A stretch of 61,830 nucleotides of DNA, filler included, from Squatina squatina (taxonomy: Eukaryota), in assembly GCA_031763465.1 (NCBI GenBank). It is 4 parts of 4 records of this genome, joined end to end, with 100 filler letters (N's around TTAATTAATTAA, not from the genome) between each part and the next. Parts side by side here need not be neighbours in the genome. Positions count along the whole stretch, not along the records: positions 46,115 to 61,830 come from JARFOE010000233.1; 3 more parts are not named here. The stretch is one strand, 5' to 3'. A program made the position numbers and the translations under genes. Below, piece after piece: positions 49,266 to 61,830 of the stretch. The notes under the pieces were generated by a model. The model saw nothing but the letters and a program-made list of their open reading frames with translations, searched no databases and was not told where the DNA came from. The first letter of the stretch is position 1, and the number at the start of each line of letters is the position of its first letter.

Positions 49266-50055
49266 GAAACAGCAATGTACTTGGTACTTTTTCCAATTTA
49301 GTATATTGTATTCGCTGCTCACGATGCAATCTCTTCTACATACGAGACCAAACGCAGATTCGGTGATTACTTTGCGAAACACCTCCATTCAGTCCACAAG
49401 CGTGACTGAGTTTCCAGTCGCTTGCCATTTTAATTCTCCTGCCCACTACCACTCTGACGTCTCTGTCCCAGGCCTCCTACACTGTTCCAATGAAGCTCAA
49501 CGCAAGCTCGAGGAACAGCACCTCATCTTTGATTAGGCACTTTACAGCCTTCCGGACTCAACATGGAGTTCAACAAAGGTCAGATCATAACTGGCACAGA
49601 CATGATGGATCGAACGGCCTGCTTCTGCACTCCAAATTTCTGCCAACAGCTGCTGTCTGGGGAGAAAAAGGGGCAGAGGTTTGTAATGATTCTGCTATAG
49701 CCATTTACAGCTCCTCTGGACCCATCTTTTATTTCTTTACTTGTGCCATTACCATCTCTTTGCACCATCATCCCTTTTGTTATTTAATCACTCCTGCCTT
49801 CCACCCACTCAGATCTTCCTTTTTGTTCCCTCCACCCCTCCACCCCTCCACCCCTCCACCCCTCCACCCCTCCACCCCTCCACGTGCTTGAAACCAGTTA
49901 CATCCCCTTAACACTTTCCAGTTCTGGCAAAAGGTCATCAACCTGACACATTCACTCTGTCCCTCTCTCCACAGATGCTGGCTGACCTGCGGAGTATTTA
50001 GAGCATTTCCTGTTTTTATTTCAGATTGCCAGCATCCGCAGTATTTTGCTTTTAG
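49266..50055 (+). mobile_element. Penelope-like element: GIY-YIG endonuclease fragment and 3' terminal repeat
   Basis: SNLVYCIRCSRCNLFYI.ETKRRFGD…PVACHFNS…EAQRKLEEQHLIF..GTLQPSGLN, frameshifted; includes (ccacccct)n at ~49832-49883. Confidence 0.9.
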
Positions 50056-50603
50056 TGTTCACTTATCATTGTGCTCTGCTTGGTCAAATGCCAAGGGCTG
50101 TCAGATGGTGCACTGTCTGGAATAGTCATCATGCCAGCCAGCTCATCTACAAGCCTAGGCACAGCTACCCAACACAGACTGAAGATTTAACTGAGAGATG
50201 AAGCAATGCCATCTCCTTCAAGAAGGACTTCTGCAGCCAATTAGTCATCTTTCAGTATTCTGCTGGTCTGTGTTAAGTGCCTGGCCTCCACTCAGGAATG
50301 CTCCATGCTGACATGATAGAAAACAGGAACTCGCTATTCAGAAATCACATGTGCAGACCCACATCCCATTACGCCACAATACAGCTAAGAGTGGTCCAGT
50401 AAGTAACTGCTTGGGATAATGTCCATTTCAAAATTTTAGTGAACAGTGGAAAGCTGTCAAGTCTGAGGGACAATTTACCAGTTGATTTAGTTTGATGCAT
50501 TAAAACCGAAGAACACCAGAAACAAGTCCTAAAAAAGTTAGAAACATGGTAAAATGCAAAGTTCTGGATTATTGCCTCCAGGATCACTAAACATTCTACT
50601 TAC

Positions 50604-50670
50604 CCATACATTAGAATTTTTTTCACGATATGCCTGCCATATTTGGATTTGCTCAAGTCAACCAAATGTC
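50604..50670 (-). CDS. PUM3: PUM3 (KIAA0020/Puf-A) internal exon
   Basis: HLVDLSKSKYGRHIVKKILMYG vs human DLVELSKAKYSRNIVKKFLMYG; tttccag acceptor and GG|GTAAGT donor. Not in the ORF track. Confidence 0.9.
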
Positions 50671-50766
50671 CTGGAAACAAAATACAAGCCAGTATCAAGC
50701 GACGGGAAATACTTTAGAAAACATCTTTCCTCAATGTTACGAAGAGCATACAAAGATTTCAAATAC

Positions 50767-50860
50767 CTTTCAATTCCTCAAAGGCCTCTTGCCTTTGCCG
50801 TTCATCCCCAAACTGAATGTAACACTGGATAACTCGGGCGGAATCATGTGCAAAAGCAAT
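50767..50860 (-). CDS. PUM3: PUM3 internal exon
   Basis: IAFAHDSARVIQCYIQFGDERQRQEAFEELK vs human IAFAHDSTRVIQCYIQYGNEEQRKQAFEELR; phase-compatible with the exon at 50604-50670. Confidence 0.92.
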
Positions 50861-51160
50861 CTGGAAAGAGTTGATAAATCACAATTCAAGCCAATATCAA
50901 ACCTGCAATCTCTTCAGCCCCATAAATGTTGGAATTTCTAGTTTACTGAAGGAGAAATATTATGGATTCAGTGAGATACTTTTAGGATAACACACAATCC
51001 CCCAGGAAGACTTAAAAAAGAGATTGGGAGCCAACACTGATCATTCAATAGCATTTTTATGTCAACACAAGAATCCAATGCTTAAAGTTTTCTTGGAGAT
51101 CACATTATGTCCTGATAGGATTCCTGTGACATTGCTCACAGTTATGTCGGATGATACACT

Positions 51161-51783
51161 GGCCCTGAAATTGCGGCTCCTATGGGCGTGTACGAAGCGT
51201 GCCCGCAAGTTCCGGGTTTAGGGATGCATTGCACATGCCCCTAAACCGAGAACTTGCAATCTGTCAAGATTTCTCTCGACAGATCATCCGCTTCCGAAGG
51301 AGTTGGGCTATTTTCCGTCAAGACTCTTAAAGAACACAATTTCCCCCCCCAAAAAATGTAAACATTTAAAATCATATAAAATAAGGTAAGTACATTTTTA
51401 GTTAAAGTATATAAATTTATTTTTCAAAAAATTAATGTTTTGCTTTAAATAAGTAATTAAATTCTATTTTCATTCATTTTAAATGTGTAATTTTTTTTTA
51501 ATAAAGTGCTCGCGCGTTTTGGGAGGTATTCCCATTCATATTAAATGATTACGAATGTGTGTAATCACCATTAGTGTGAATGAGAATACACTTACCTGGA
51601 TTGGCTAGGCCCGACCATGTAATCCTATCTACGTCTGCAATCCGTATACGTGAATAGAATGTGAGGTCCACTACGCATGGGCAACCAGAGAGGACCAGAA
51701 GCCGAAGTCTCCGTACCTCCCGGAACCCAAGGTAAGTTTGTAGACCCCCACACACGGTAAGTCTCCAACCAGGATTTTAGGGC
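51161..51783. mobile_element. Harbinger-like MITE
   Basis: Termini ggccctgaaatt…attttagggc with a candidate 3-bp target-site duplication (act). Confidence 0.5.
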
Positions 51784-53097
51784 ACTGTTTTGTAGACAGG
51801 AGAATGCAAACATGGAGCAGTGTTTAAGTTGCCTTTGAGGCCACAAAGTCTAATTGCTCAATGTAAAAATAACCTGAAGTCAGAATTTAACTGCTATGAG
51901 GAGAGACATTTGGCANNNNNNNNNNNNNNNNNNNNNNNNNNNNNNNNNNNNNNNNNNNNNNNNNNNNNNNNNNNNNNNNNNNNNNNNNNNNNNNNNNNNN
52001 NNNNNNNNNNNNNNNATGCACTGACAGCTCACTCTTTTCCAATGATATTGATAGAAGCATGTACAGAATTATTAACTATTCAATAATTCATACAAATCTT
52101 CAATCTTTTCACCTCGTCTGCTCTACCATTCAATTAGATAATGGCTGATCTGTACTTCAAACTCTGCTTAGCTGCCTCTGCTCCATAGCCTTGGATACCT
52201 TTACTGAGCAAAAATCTATCAAGCTCAGTCTTGAAAATTTCAATTAACCCAGCATTCATAGCTTTTTGGGACAACGAGTTCCAGATTTCCATGACCTGTT
52301 GTGTGAAAAGGTCTTTCCTGATTTCACTCCTAAATGGCCTAGCTCTAATTTAAGATTATGCCCTCTTGTCCTGCATTCCCCAGCAGTTGTTTCCAAATTC
52401 TCAAAAAATATTTAACCTTTGTGAAAATTCCAGCTGCTCTATTACTTTGAAGCTCTGAAGCCAATCAGGTGGGAAGTGCAACGCCACAGTTAATTCACAA
52501 TGCTTTTGTTTCAATGGCAGTCAGAGTCACAGTGCATTGCACCACAGGCCTTCAGAAAAGAGCTCACAGATACAGTTTCCATACAGAAAGCATCTGACCT
52601 CAATGAAGGTATCAGGCTGGATGCTGAGGGGAGATAATAACTTCCCCAGAGAGTGATAGAGATAGGAAGGGGAATAAAATCCGAGGGCAACTAAATCCAT
52701 GATAGTCTTGCAGCCAATGAGGCAGTTGGTAGAGGCCTGGAATCAGGTCAGGTGCCTGCCTCCCAGTTAAGGGTGTAGGGTAATTTTTACAGGAATGTAA
52801 AAATGAGTTATGAGAAAAAAGAAAATGGGTAATAATTAATATTGTTTTTGTATGTTTGATTGGAGACTGGGCCGATTCACACTATCTTGGAATCCAAAAG
52901 CCCACAACTGTTGACCCATTAAATCTTGTATTACGTAACAGTATTACATTCCACTGCATTACTGTGTACACCTAGCTAATAATCTGTGTTCGAAATACTT
53001 TCCAAAGCAATAAAACCATACTATCTCTGACTTCATTCTAATGAATGCTGTAACGATGGACTGCAGTATTTTAAAGGAACAGAATTGAAATGTTTAC

Positions 53098-53187
53098 CTG
53101 AAGAAAGGATTCTTTAAGTCTAGCAGGTTTCCAGACTTGAAGCCTGTCTGGTCTACCATAGCCATAATGTGAATATCGTAGCTTTGT
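53098..53187 (-). CDS. CARM1-like late exon
   Basis: [30 protein letters not shown]; 90 nt; canonical splice sites. Confidence 0.9.
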
Positions 53188-53930
53188 CTGTGGTGTGAAT
53201 GCAGAAGAAAACACAAGTAAAGCAAACCNNNNNNNNNNNNNNNNNNNNNNNNNNNNNNNNNNNNNNNNNNNNNNNNNNNNNNNNNNNNNNNNNNNNNNNN
53301 NNNNNNNNNNNNNNNNNNNNNNNNNNNNTTCACCTCTGGGATCTGGGTTTCAGTGCAGCCTAGACTGAAAGTCGCCTCTTGCTACCAGCAGCAAGGGTCC
53401 TAAATTAAATTAAATTTGGTGATCTCAACAGTTTTTAAAACTAGCGGGGTCACACTATATAAAGCTATCCACAATTCAGAAATTAGATATCTCGCCCCAA
53501 GAAAACACCCAAATGGCTGATGAGGAAAAGGAACTTTTACAGTGGGTCTCTTTCTTCTTAACCCAAAGTAAAATGACACTGTTGGGGTAGAACAGAGTAA
53601 GCTTTATTTGCATCTAGCCTGACTTCTGGCCTGACTTCAGAACACTTGATGCTAACACTGGGTGCCAAAAGTAGAAAAGTATTCCATTCCCAGTACAAAC
53701 ATCCCTAGCTACAAAAAACACAAAAACTTCACCCCCTTCAAAATACTGCACTTTTGTTGTGTCGTGCAATCTTAAACACCTTTTCTTGTTTACATGAGGG
53801 AAGCTCGATTCTTTATCCACTTCGCATTAGCGTCAAGACTAATATCACAGGAACCGATCTCACACCCCACCCTAGGCAACTTATCAACATTCTGACTACA
53901 AGTTGTATGTTTCTGCATGTGTTGACCTAC

Positions 53931-54108
53931 CATTTGGCTTCAACCATTTTTTTGCATGCAGGTAGCTTTCGAGCATCCTCTCATTAAATAACAAATATCC
54001 CCTAGGTTCTGAAATAATGATGTCCACTTTCTCAGGAATAGTAATTTCCTCGATTTTCCCTTCCAGGACCATTACCCGTTCTGAAAGATTGTTACTTTTC
54101 ACTAGAAT
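53931..54108 (-). CDS. CARM1-like (PRMT4 paralogue) double-E-loop exon
   Basis: [60 protein letters not shown]; 178 nt. KKWLK and the position next to PUM3 favour carm1-like over CARM1. Confidence 0.92.
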
Positions 54109-55088
54109 CTGAAGACATAAACAGAAAGCAACATCTTAGCACAGATAGGTATCACAAGCTGGTGTGGCTTTCTGTGGGCCAACCTACATTGTATTTAAAA
54201 TTAAATAGACAGAACAGAAGAATGAGAAAAGATAACTCACCGCATCTACCNNNNNNNNNNNNNNNNNNNNNNNNNNNNNNNNNNNNNNNNNNNNNNNNNN
54301 NNNNNNNNNNNNNNNNNNNNNNNNNNNNNNNNNNNNNNNNNNNNNNNNNNTTACCGGGGTGACCAGGAAGACCTTAAAAAAACGCATAGTTGCAGACTCA
54401 AAATATAACAGTAAGAAGTTCTTTCGGTAATTGTTTAAGGGCAATCAGACATGAGAACTCTAAAGGATGCAAAACAACTTGAAACAAAGATTGTCCTAAG
54501 TCAAATTAATGGCTTTAATATAACTGCAGAGTGAAGTCCTGGATGGGTTAAATGAGTTCAAAAACCATAAATGCCCAGGGATAGACAATATTTACCCTAG
54601 CGTGCTAAAGGAGGCTAGGAATGAGATTTGCGAGGTGTTGAGAATTACGATGGTTGTTTCCACAAGCAGCCTTGTTGTCACCACCCCTCATTAGGTGCTC
54701 AGTTTATCTGATAAGCTCCAGGTAAAACCTCAACCTTTCTTGGTGCCAGCAAAGCTTTTATGTATGAAGGTGTTCGAAAGATGCCTCAACTCTCGATCAG
54801 ACTGGCCTAATTGGCAGAAGTGGAATTTGCCCCTTTGTGCATAACTGGTGAGGAGATCAACCGATATTTTAGTCAGTTGCTAAATTTCTTGGAAAATATT
54901 GAGCTGCTGCTTAAGTTTACAAAATGTTCTAGTCCACACCCTCCAATTAGCAATAGTCAATTCCACTGGAAAACTAGCTGATGTGATGCACTGCCTGTTG
55001 AGGCCTTCATTCATCATTCGATTTATATAAATTCTTTGTAAAACAATCTGACTTTGAAGACCATTACAAAAGGCAGTTGCATCTTTTA

Positions 55089-55271
<183 letters not shown>

Positions 55272-57989
55272 TCAGAATCCATAGATTCCTGACTGTGTTA
55301 AACTTTAATCACCCAAGTGATTTAAGTGGCTGAGTGCGGATTAAGTTCACAGAGTAGGCTTTACACAAGTTAATGCAATTTGTGAACATGCCTTTTTCTG
55401 GGGGAGGCAAACTGACACACTTCCTTGCAGCACTAACAACTGGACCAGAAGGTGGAACGTAGGTCTGTGCACACAAGTCTCTGCAGCCCTGACCTTTTGA
55501 GCTCAGCCAATAATACTGGTAAGTACTGAATGAAAACTGGGTGTTTCTGCACAGTGAAAGAGAGCAGTAAATTTACAACAGAAAATTGTACAAATCCCAT
55601 TAATTATGGGCATCCTGTCGCCAAAGCTACATTCCTGCCACGAATAGATAAGCGTGGCACAGACATTCAACATCAAACCTGGTGCTGTCATTCAGTGCAA
55701 CATTTTATTTAATTTACTGGCATCATTTGGTTTTAAAAGTTACGATAGCACAAACATTTGAAGTGTTATGTTCCCAAGGATGTGTGATAAAACTGCATTA
55801 TGTGTTATGTGTTTGTTCAGTTTGGATCTGGGGTGCCCGGTCCCTTTAGACAGCTTTATAGGCGCGCACACACACAAGGACAATTTGCTGGTTTCAGTCC
55901 CTACTGCAGTGCAATTTTCAAAGTTAAGTTAGAGGTTTCTTTTGAGATTTGCTATTGGTGAGAGGCTGATGATGGCAGATGGTATGACTTAGGTGGATAA
56001 TTTAGAAAGTTTTTAATAAAGAAATTAAAAAGTGTGCTTTTGTCAATCTTTATAGTTGGTAAGAATAAAGTAATGTATGAGGGAACAGTCCTCTGGTACG
56101 GAGGGCTTGTTCTGTTAATCTTGCTGAAGAGCTGTTCGCAAGCTCTCTGTTGGTCTAATGGGGAAGAGGGAGTCCATATCCAAGTTCCTGGTTTGTCCAA
56201 GTGGGGATGCTGTTTCAGGCGCGCCAATAGTCTAATGCAGAAGGAGAGGCTACATCTATTGGGTTGCGGATAGGGGGGTGGGGGAGGAGAGAGGAAAGAG
56301 TAGGGAAAGGGAAAGGGTTCCAAATCGAAGTTTCTTGCCAGCTTAGATGCAGGAGCTAAATCATAATTCCAAGTCAAGATCCTTAACATTTTTTTAATGG
56401 GTATTTCAACTGTTTTAATGATGGAATTAGTTTCTGGAACAGCTAAAATTCAGGTGGAATTCTCTGCCACAGAAAGTAGTTGAGGCCAGTTCATTGGCTA
56501 TATTTAAGAGGGAATTGGATGTGGCCCTTTNNNNNNNNNNNNNNNNNNNNNNNNNNNNNNNNNNNNNNNNNNNNNNNNNNNNNNNNNNNNNNNNNNNNNN
56601 NNNNNNNNNNNNNNNNNNNNNNNNNNNNNNCTCACCCCTTCTCCTCCCTCCCAGATAGGGCCTCCCTGTCCCTTTATCTATATACTGTGATTTCTTCAAC
56701 ATTCAATTAAACTAGTCAACCATGATCTGCTCTATCCAGGAGTGTTCACTAATTTCATCCCATATTATGGACTCTAGTGTTAAGCCACAACTGAGGCAAG
56801 ATTGTTACGTTCCTCTTTTTTGAGCAGGGTTGTAACACTCAGCATCCTCCAGTCCTTGGGAAGAGATCTATTAAAGATTGTTCATTCCGCTGCTATCTAT
56901 TTCCTCGTCGCCTTCAGTGTTCTATTGAAAGGGGTTCTGCTGAAGGGTACCACCCAAAACATTTATCTTTTTTTCTTTCAGATGCTGAATTAACTGTTAA
57001 AACTCATTTCAAACTTTTTTCTGTTTTTACTTCAGATTTCCAGCACTTTTTAAAAAAATCACAGGCTAAATTTTCTACCCACTGACAAGGAATGAGCGAT
57101 AATCTAGGCCAGGTAGCTGACTGGTTCTTACCTGGAAATATTGTGCTGCAGATGCATCTTCTGTTCGTTGGCTGAATGCTGAACGAGCTTTATTGGAGCT
57201 TTTAAAGATCTTTAAGGAATTGTAAAAGGTAAAGAACTCTGAAAACAAGGGAATAAAGATTCTGTTAAAATCAAATAATTATAAGCCATGCCATAGACAC
57301 AGAGTGGGCATTATGATCATGGCTACCAACTCACAGCACTCTTGGAAACGTTCCCTCGACAACNNNNNNNNNNNNNNNNNNNNNNNNNNNNNNNNNNNNN
57401 NNNNNNNNNNNNNNNNNNNNNNNNNNNNNNNNNNNNNNNNNNNNNNNNNNNNNNNNNNNNNNNTAACTATTTTTCTCGTGTATTACTTATTAATTTGAAT
57501 TAGTTATACGATTAATTTCAACCGAAATGAAATGAAATGAAATGAGTACTGGAGGAAACCATAGTCACATATTGCTGCTGCTGTCTAAAAGGTGTGAATG
57601 AAGGGCTCCGCAGAATGCAATCTCAGCAACGCCTCATCAGTTTTGTGTCAGCCCATACACATGCACACTCAGCATGTTGTGTGCATACTCTCACCTCTAC
57701 CGAATAAGTTGCTTCCTTACTCACCGAGTTACAGTAACAAGATGTGGAATATCAACATGCCAGTCCAGTGAAACTCATTTTTCTGAGCATGTCAGAATCC
57801 ATCATTGGCATGCCAGTAACTTTGGAATGTTGCAAGACAATGGATTCATCTTAGCATCTATGCCAACAGTTAACAATAAACTGTTTTTGCTGTAGAAACT
57901 TGCCCATTTGTGCAGGAAAGGTTAAAAAAAAGCCTTACAAAGCCACAAGTTTTCTTTTAAAGATGTTCTGTTGAAATAATTGAAGGTCA

Positions 57990-59480
57990 TACCAGAAAAG
58001 GCAAACAAGGCTGAAGGAATTACAGACATAGGGAGGGGAGAGGCCATGGAGAGGTTCAAAAACAAAGATGAGAATTTTAAAATCAAGGCGTTGTTTAACC
58101 AGGAGCCAATGCAGCGAGCACAGGGGAGACGGATGACTGGGATTTGGTACAATTTAGGACACAGGCAGCCAATCTTTGGATGGCCACATGTTTACATAGG
58201 ATAGTATGTGGGAGGCCAGCCAGGAGTGCATTGGAATAGTCAAGTCTAGAGGTAACAAAGGCATGGATTCAGCAGCAGATGAGCTGAGGCATAGGCGGAG
58301 AAGGGCAATGTTACAGTGGTGGAAATAGGCGGTGTCAGTTATGGCACGGATGTGTGGTCGGAAGCTGATTTCAGGGGCAAATATGACACCAAGGTTGCGA
58401 ACAGTCTGGCTCAGCCTCAGGGTGATGTTGGGGAGAGGGATGGAGTTGGAGGCTATGAATTTGTGGTGGGGACCGAAGCCATTGTCTTTGGTCTTTCCAA
58501 TATTTAGTTGGAGGAAACCTCTGCTCATTTGGTACTGGATGTCAGACAGTCTCTAGTACCATCAGCGTACATGTGGAAACTGACATTATGTTTTCGGATG
58601 TTGTCGCCGATGGGCAGAATGTGGATGAGAAATAGGAGGGGGTCAAGGATAAATCCTTGGGGGACACCAGGGGTAACGACGTGGGTGGGAAAAGAAGCCA
58701 TTGCAGGTGACTCTCTGGCTACGATTATATAGGCAAGAATAGAACAAGGCGAGTGCAGTCCCTCCCAGCTGGACAATGTTGGAGAGGGCTGGAGTGGTCA
58801 ACCATGTCAAAGGCTACAGACAAGTAAGAAGCACAAGGAGGCATACCTCTGTCACAGACACATAGGATATCATTTGTAACTTTGATAAGAGCCATTTTGG
58901 TACCGTGGCAGGGCCAGAACCTGATTGGAGGGATTCAAACATGATTTCCAGGAAAGATTGGCATGGATTTGGGAGGTGACAACATGTTCAAGAACTTTGG
59001 AGAGGAAAGATAGGTTGGAGATGTGGCAGTAAGGGCGTAGAGGTCAAGGGATATTTTTTTGAGTAGAGGGGTGATAACGACAGATTTGAAGGAGATGAGC
59101 CAGTATCTGAGGAGAGAGAACTATTAACAATATCAGTTAACATGGGAGCCAGAAAAGGAAGTTGGGTGGTCAGAGGTTGAATGGGGATAGATTCGAGGGA
59201 GCAGGAAGTGGGTACCCTGAACAAAATGAGTGGGGAGAAGGAATGATGGGAGATCAGAGGGAATCTGCAGAAAGATGCGAGTTCAGGGCTAGGGCAGGGG
59301 GGAACCTTCGAGGAAGTTTGGCCCAGTGGGCTAGGGGAAGGAAGGGAAATAGCAGAGGCAGCTGATTGAATCTTAGAGATAAAGAACTCCCTGATCTCCT
59401 CGCACTTATTGTTGGAGTTGAGGGTGGAGGAGGCAGGAGAGAAAGGTATACGATGACAGTTTGCAATAGAGAAAAGAAGA
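57990..59480 (-). mobile_element. L2 LINE ORF2 relic
   Basis: [15 protein letters not shown]…VSFHMYAD; FLQLNIGKTK…VRNLGVIF…LDYSNA motifs. Confidence 0.9.
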
Positions 59481-60027
59481 CAGGCATTATCTTTGCATTA
59501 ACATTAACTAAGTTTCAAAAATACTTCATTGTGAAACTCTGTCATTCTGAGGTTATATAAGTGCAAGCTTTACATGCTGTCCTTTGGTGATATCATCCAC
59601 CTAGTCAGTTTCACATGTACATTNNNNNNNNNNNNNNNNNNNNNNNNNNNNNNNNNNNNNNNNNNNNNNNNNNNNNNNNNNNNNNNNNNNNNNNNNNNNN
59701 NNNNNNNNNNNNNNNNNNNNNNNAAAAAAATACAAAATCAGGACTGTGGAAGCCATAAAAAAGATAGTTTGCTCAGAAAACTTCTCATTCGAAGCAGAAA
59801 ATGGAATATGATTTGCAGCAGCAGGAACAGAAAAACAAACAGGTGGCAGGAGGTACCTTCATATCACATAGGACAGGAAGGGAAGGTCAGATATGGTTCC
59901 ACATACAAACTCTGACACGGATAGGAGTCACTGATTTTAACAGTTCATTGCATTGCTGAGCTTTTCAGTGACTCTGAGGCAAGATTTAGAAAAAAAACCA
60001 TTTTTTTTTAAACAAGAAAAACAAATT

Positions 60028-60033
60028 TTTATT
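60028..60033 (-). promoter_or_regulatory. Poly(A) signal of an AU-rich 3' UTR (~60010-61250), probably RFX3 by synteny
   Basis: AATAAA on the minus strand with U-rich downstream sequence; repeat-free, UTR-like sequence upstream. Gene identity is inference only. Confidence 0.5.
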
Positions 60034-61830
60034 GATTTTACAGACAAGCCACAGCTTATAGAAACACGACAAGAAAAGCTAGCCTGAGTTCAAGTCTGAA
60101 ATATTAAGAAAAAACTTTCTACACAAGTGTCTTCAGTATATACTAGTTGCTTGTCTACACGTAAGAACACACTATAAGATTTCATATTCTTGTTTACAAA
60201 AAGTTCCTGTCATCGTACAGTACACAGTACAAACCCTTCACACGCACACTATTGGTTTGCTTCAACCAATTTATAAAGGTCATGATATATTGAAAGATTT
60301 CATAAAACATTTCTCACAAAATCACAGCATGAAATATATATTTACATAATTGAATGTTATTCAAAATCACATCCTCCTCACAGGTGTTTAAATTAAAACT
60401 ATATGCAGCTGTCAATCAAAAAACTGGAAAAAAAACATTACATAATCTCACACTACATTCTCTACAAAAAATCTGAAAAATTCTTAACTTTTACATTATT
60501 ACTTCACACAATTCAGATGTAGTTAGACCAATTAAAAAAAATCCCCCAATATTTTGGGCCTTTTCTGTGCTTGTGCATCTGAATACTCCAATTTGCCACT
60601 TAGTAAGTGAATTCTAAAATGGCACTGAAAAATTCTATTCCAAAGGGACCTATACTGAATTGCCAACTAGTCACTCAGTGTTAAAGGCTGTAGTTANNNN
60701 NNNNNNNNNNNNNNNNNNNNNNNNNNNNNNNNNNNNNNNNNNNNNNNNNNNNNNNNNNNNNNNNNNNNNNNNNNNNNNNNNNNNNNNNNNNNNNNNNNNN
60801 NNNNNNNNNNNNNNNNNNNNNNNNNNNNNNNNNNNNNNNNNNNNNNNNNNNNNNNNNNNNNNNNNNNNNNNNNNNNNNNNNNNNNNNNNNNNNNNNNNNN
60901 NNNNNNNNNNNNNNNNNNNNNNNNNNNNNNNNNNNNNNNNNNNNNNNNNNNNNACAGTACCTTTCTTTGTAAATCTTGGGACAATAGAGTAGAATGTACA
61001 TCATCTTTAAATTACTCAATTTTAAGAACAAAAAGTAATGATGTGGAGTCCAACGAAGCACTGAATCAGTGTTGTTCTGCAGCCTGGGTGCATATGTACA
61101 ATTTAGGCACAAGATTAACCAGTGTTTTTTTTAAAGGCACTCACTTTTCTCCTCAAGGTCAATTTATTCAAATAACTCATATTTGGTATATTGGTGCTTT
61201 ATGTTACATTATCTGTTTTAGTCAATCTTTTCTAGCCTTGGAATCCTAACTTATGCTGGGGTGGGAATGGAGTGTTTGCTGAAGTCAACTGTCTGGCTTT
61301 ATAAAAGCTTAACTGGAGAAGCTGGTGGGAGAAAGAAGTAAAAAAAAAACTATATCCATTCTTGGCAAACAATCTAACTGGGATATAACCTGGGATTTTA
61401 ACAACCACCTCCTCGCCCATCGAGAACTGTGTGTGGGGGGAGTTTAAAATGGTTTCCAACCCGCTGTGTTCCCAGCAGCCGTAATTTCTATGACAGCAAA
61501 TCAAGCCATTGGATGACACTTTTGCTAAAGACAGGCAGGGCCTACTTAACATTCAAAAATTGCAGCCCAATGAGGATATCAATGCCGCAATGTAATATCA
61601 ACTTCAAGCCGGGGGAGTCCTGCATTGTCTGCAGCCCGACAACAGTACACTGGTGGGAGGAGCCCACAGGCCAGAAGAGGCCAAGGTAAGTTTAAGAAAT
61701 TTGCTTCTGCTTTAGCTCCTTGTGGGCCAGGAAGAGCAGAAGAGTTCCACCCAGACCCTGAAAGGAGTCCATGGCCCTCTTCAGTTCCGGCTTGCCCCCA
61801 CCTTCCTCATCCCAGGTTGCCTCCAGACCT

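Noticed and set aside
54234-54250. Minus-strand donor GCG|GTGAGT between CARM1-like exons
   Set aside because: The flanking 111- and 178-nt exons are adjacent in CARM1 and join in phase; only about 10 nt are visible before the gap.

Overview
Vertebrate nuclear DNA, most likely from a shark or other elasmobranch. This is inferred from the CR1/L2/Penelope/Harbinger repeat content and a ~66-bp satellite I recognise from shark genomes. The window is a fragmented draft. Three artificial 100-bp linkers (N44-TTAATTAATTAA-N44 at 14403-14502, 28331-28430 and 46015-46114) join four separate scaffolds, each with many 100-N gaps. Scaffold 1 (1-14402): an ANKFN1/Wide-awake-family gene, with two phase-compatible 5' exons on + and a Ras-association (RA) domain exon on -. 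Scaffold 2 (14503-28330): OXR1/NCOA7-type LysM exons, RLF, a probable TMCO2 exon 1 and a ZMPSTE24 exon, matching the human 1p34 order. Scaffold 3 (28431-46014): mostly transposons (Harbinger, L2, CR1, hAT-Blackjack MITE, DIRS) plus one orphan exon. Scaffold 4 (46115-61830): KCNV2 exon 1, PUM3 exons, CARM1-like exons and a 3' UTR that is probably RFX3, matching the human 9p24 order. There are no prokaryotic systems. The main leads are a candidate shark TMCO2, a possible extra OXR1/NCOA7 ohnologue, an RA-retaining ANKFN1 paralogue, apparent new introns in the RLF terminal exon, and an M>R change in the CARM1-like double-E loop. All protein identifications are from memory of the families, not from database searches.
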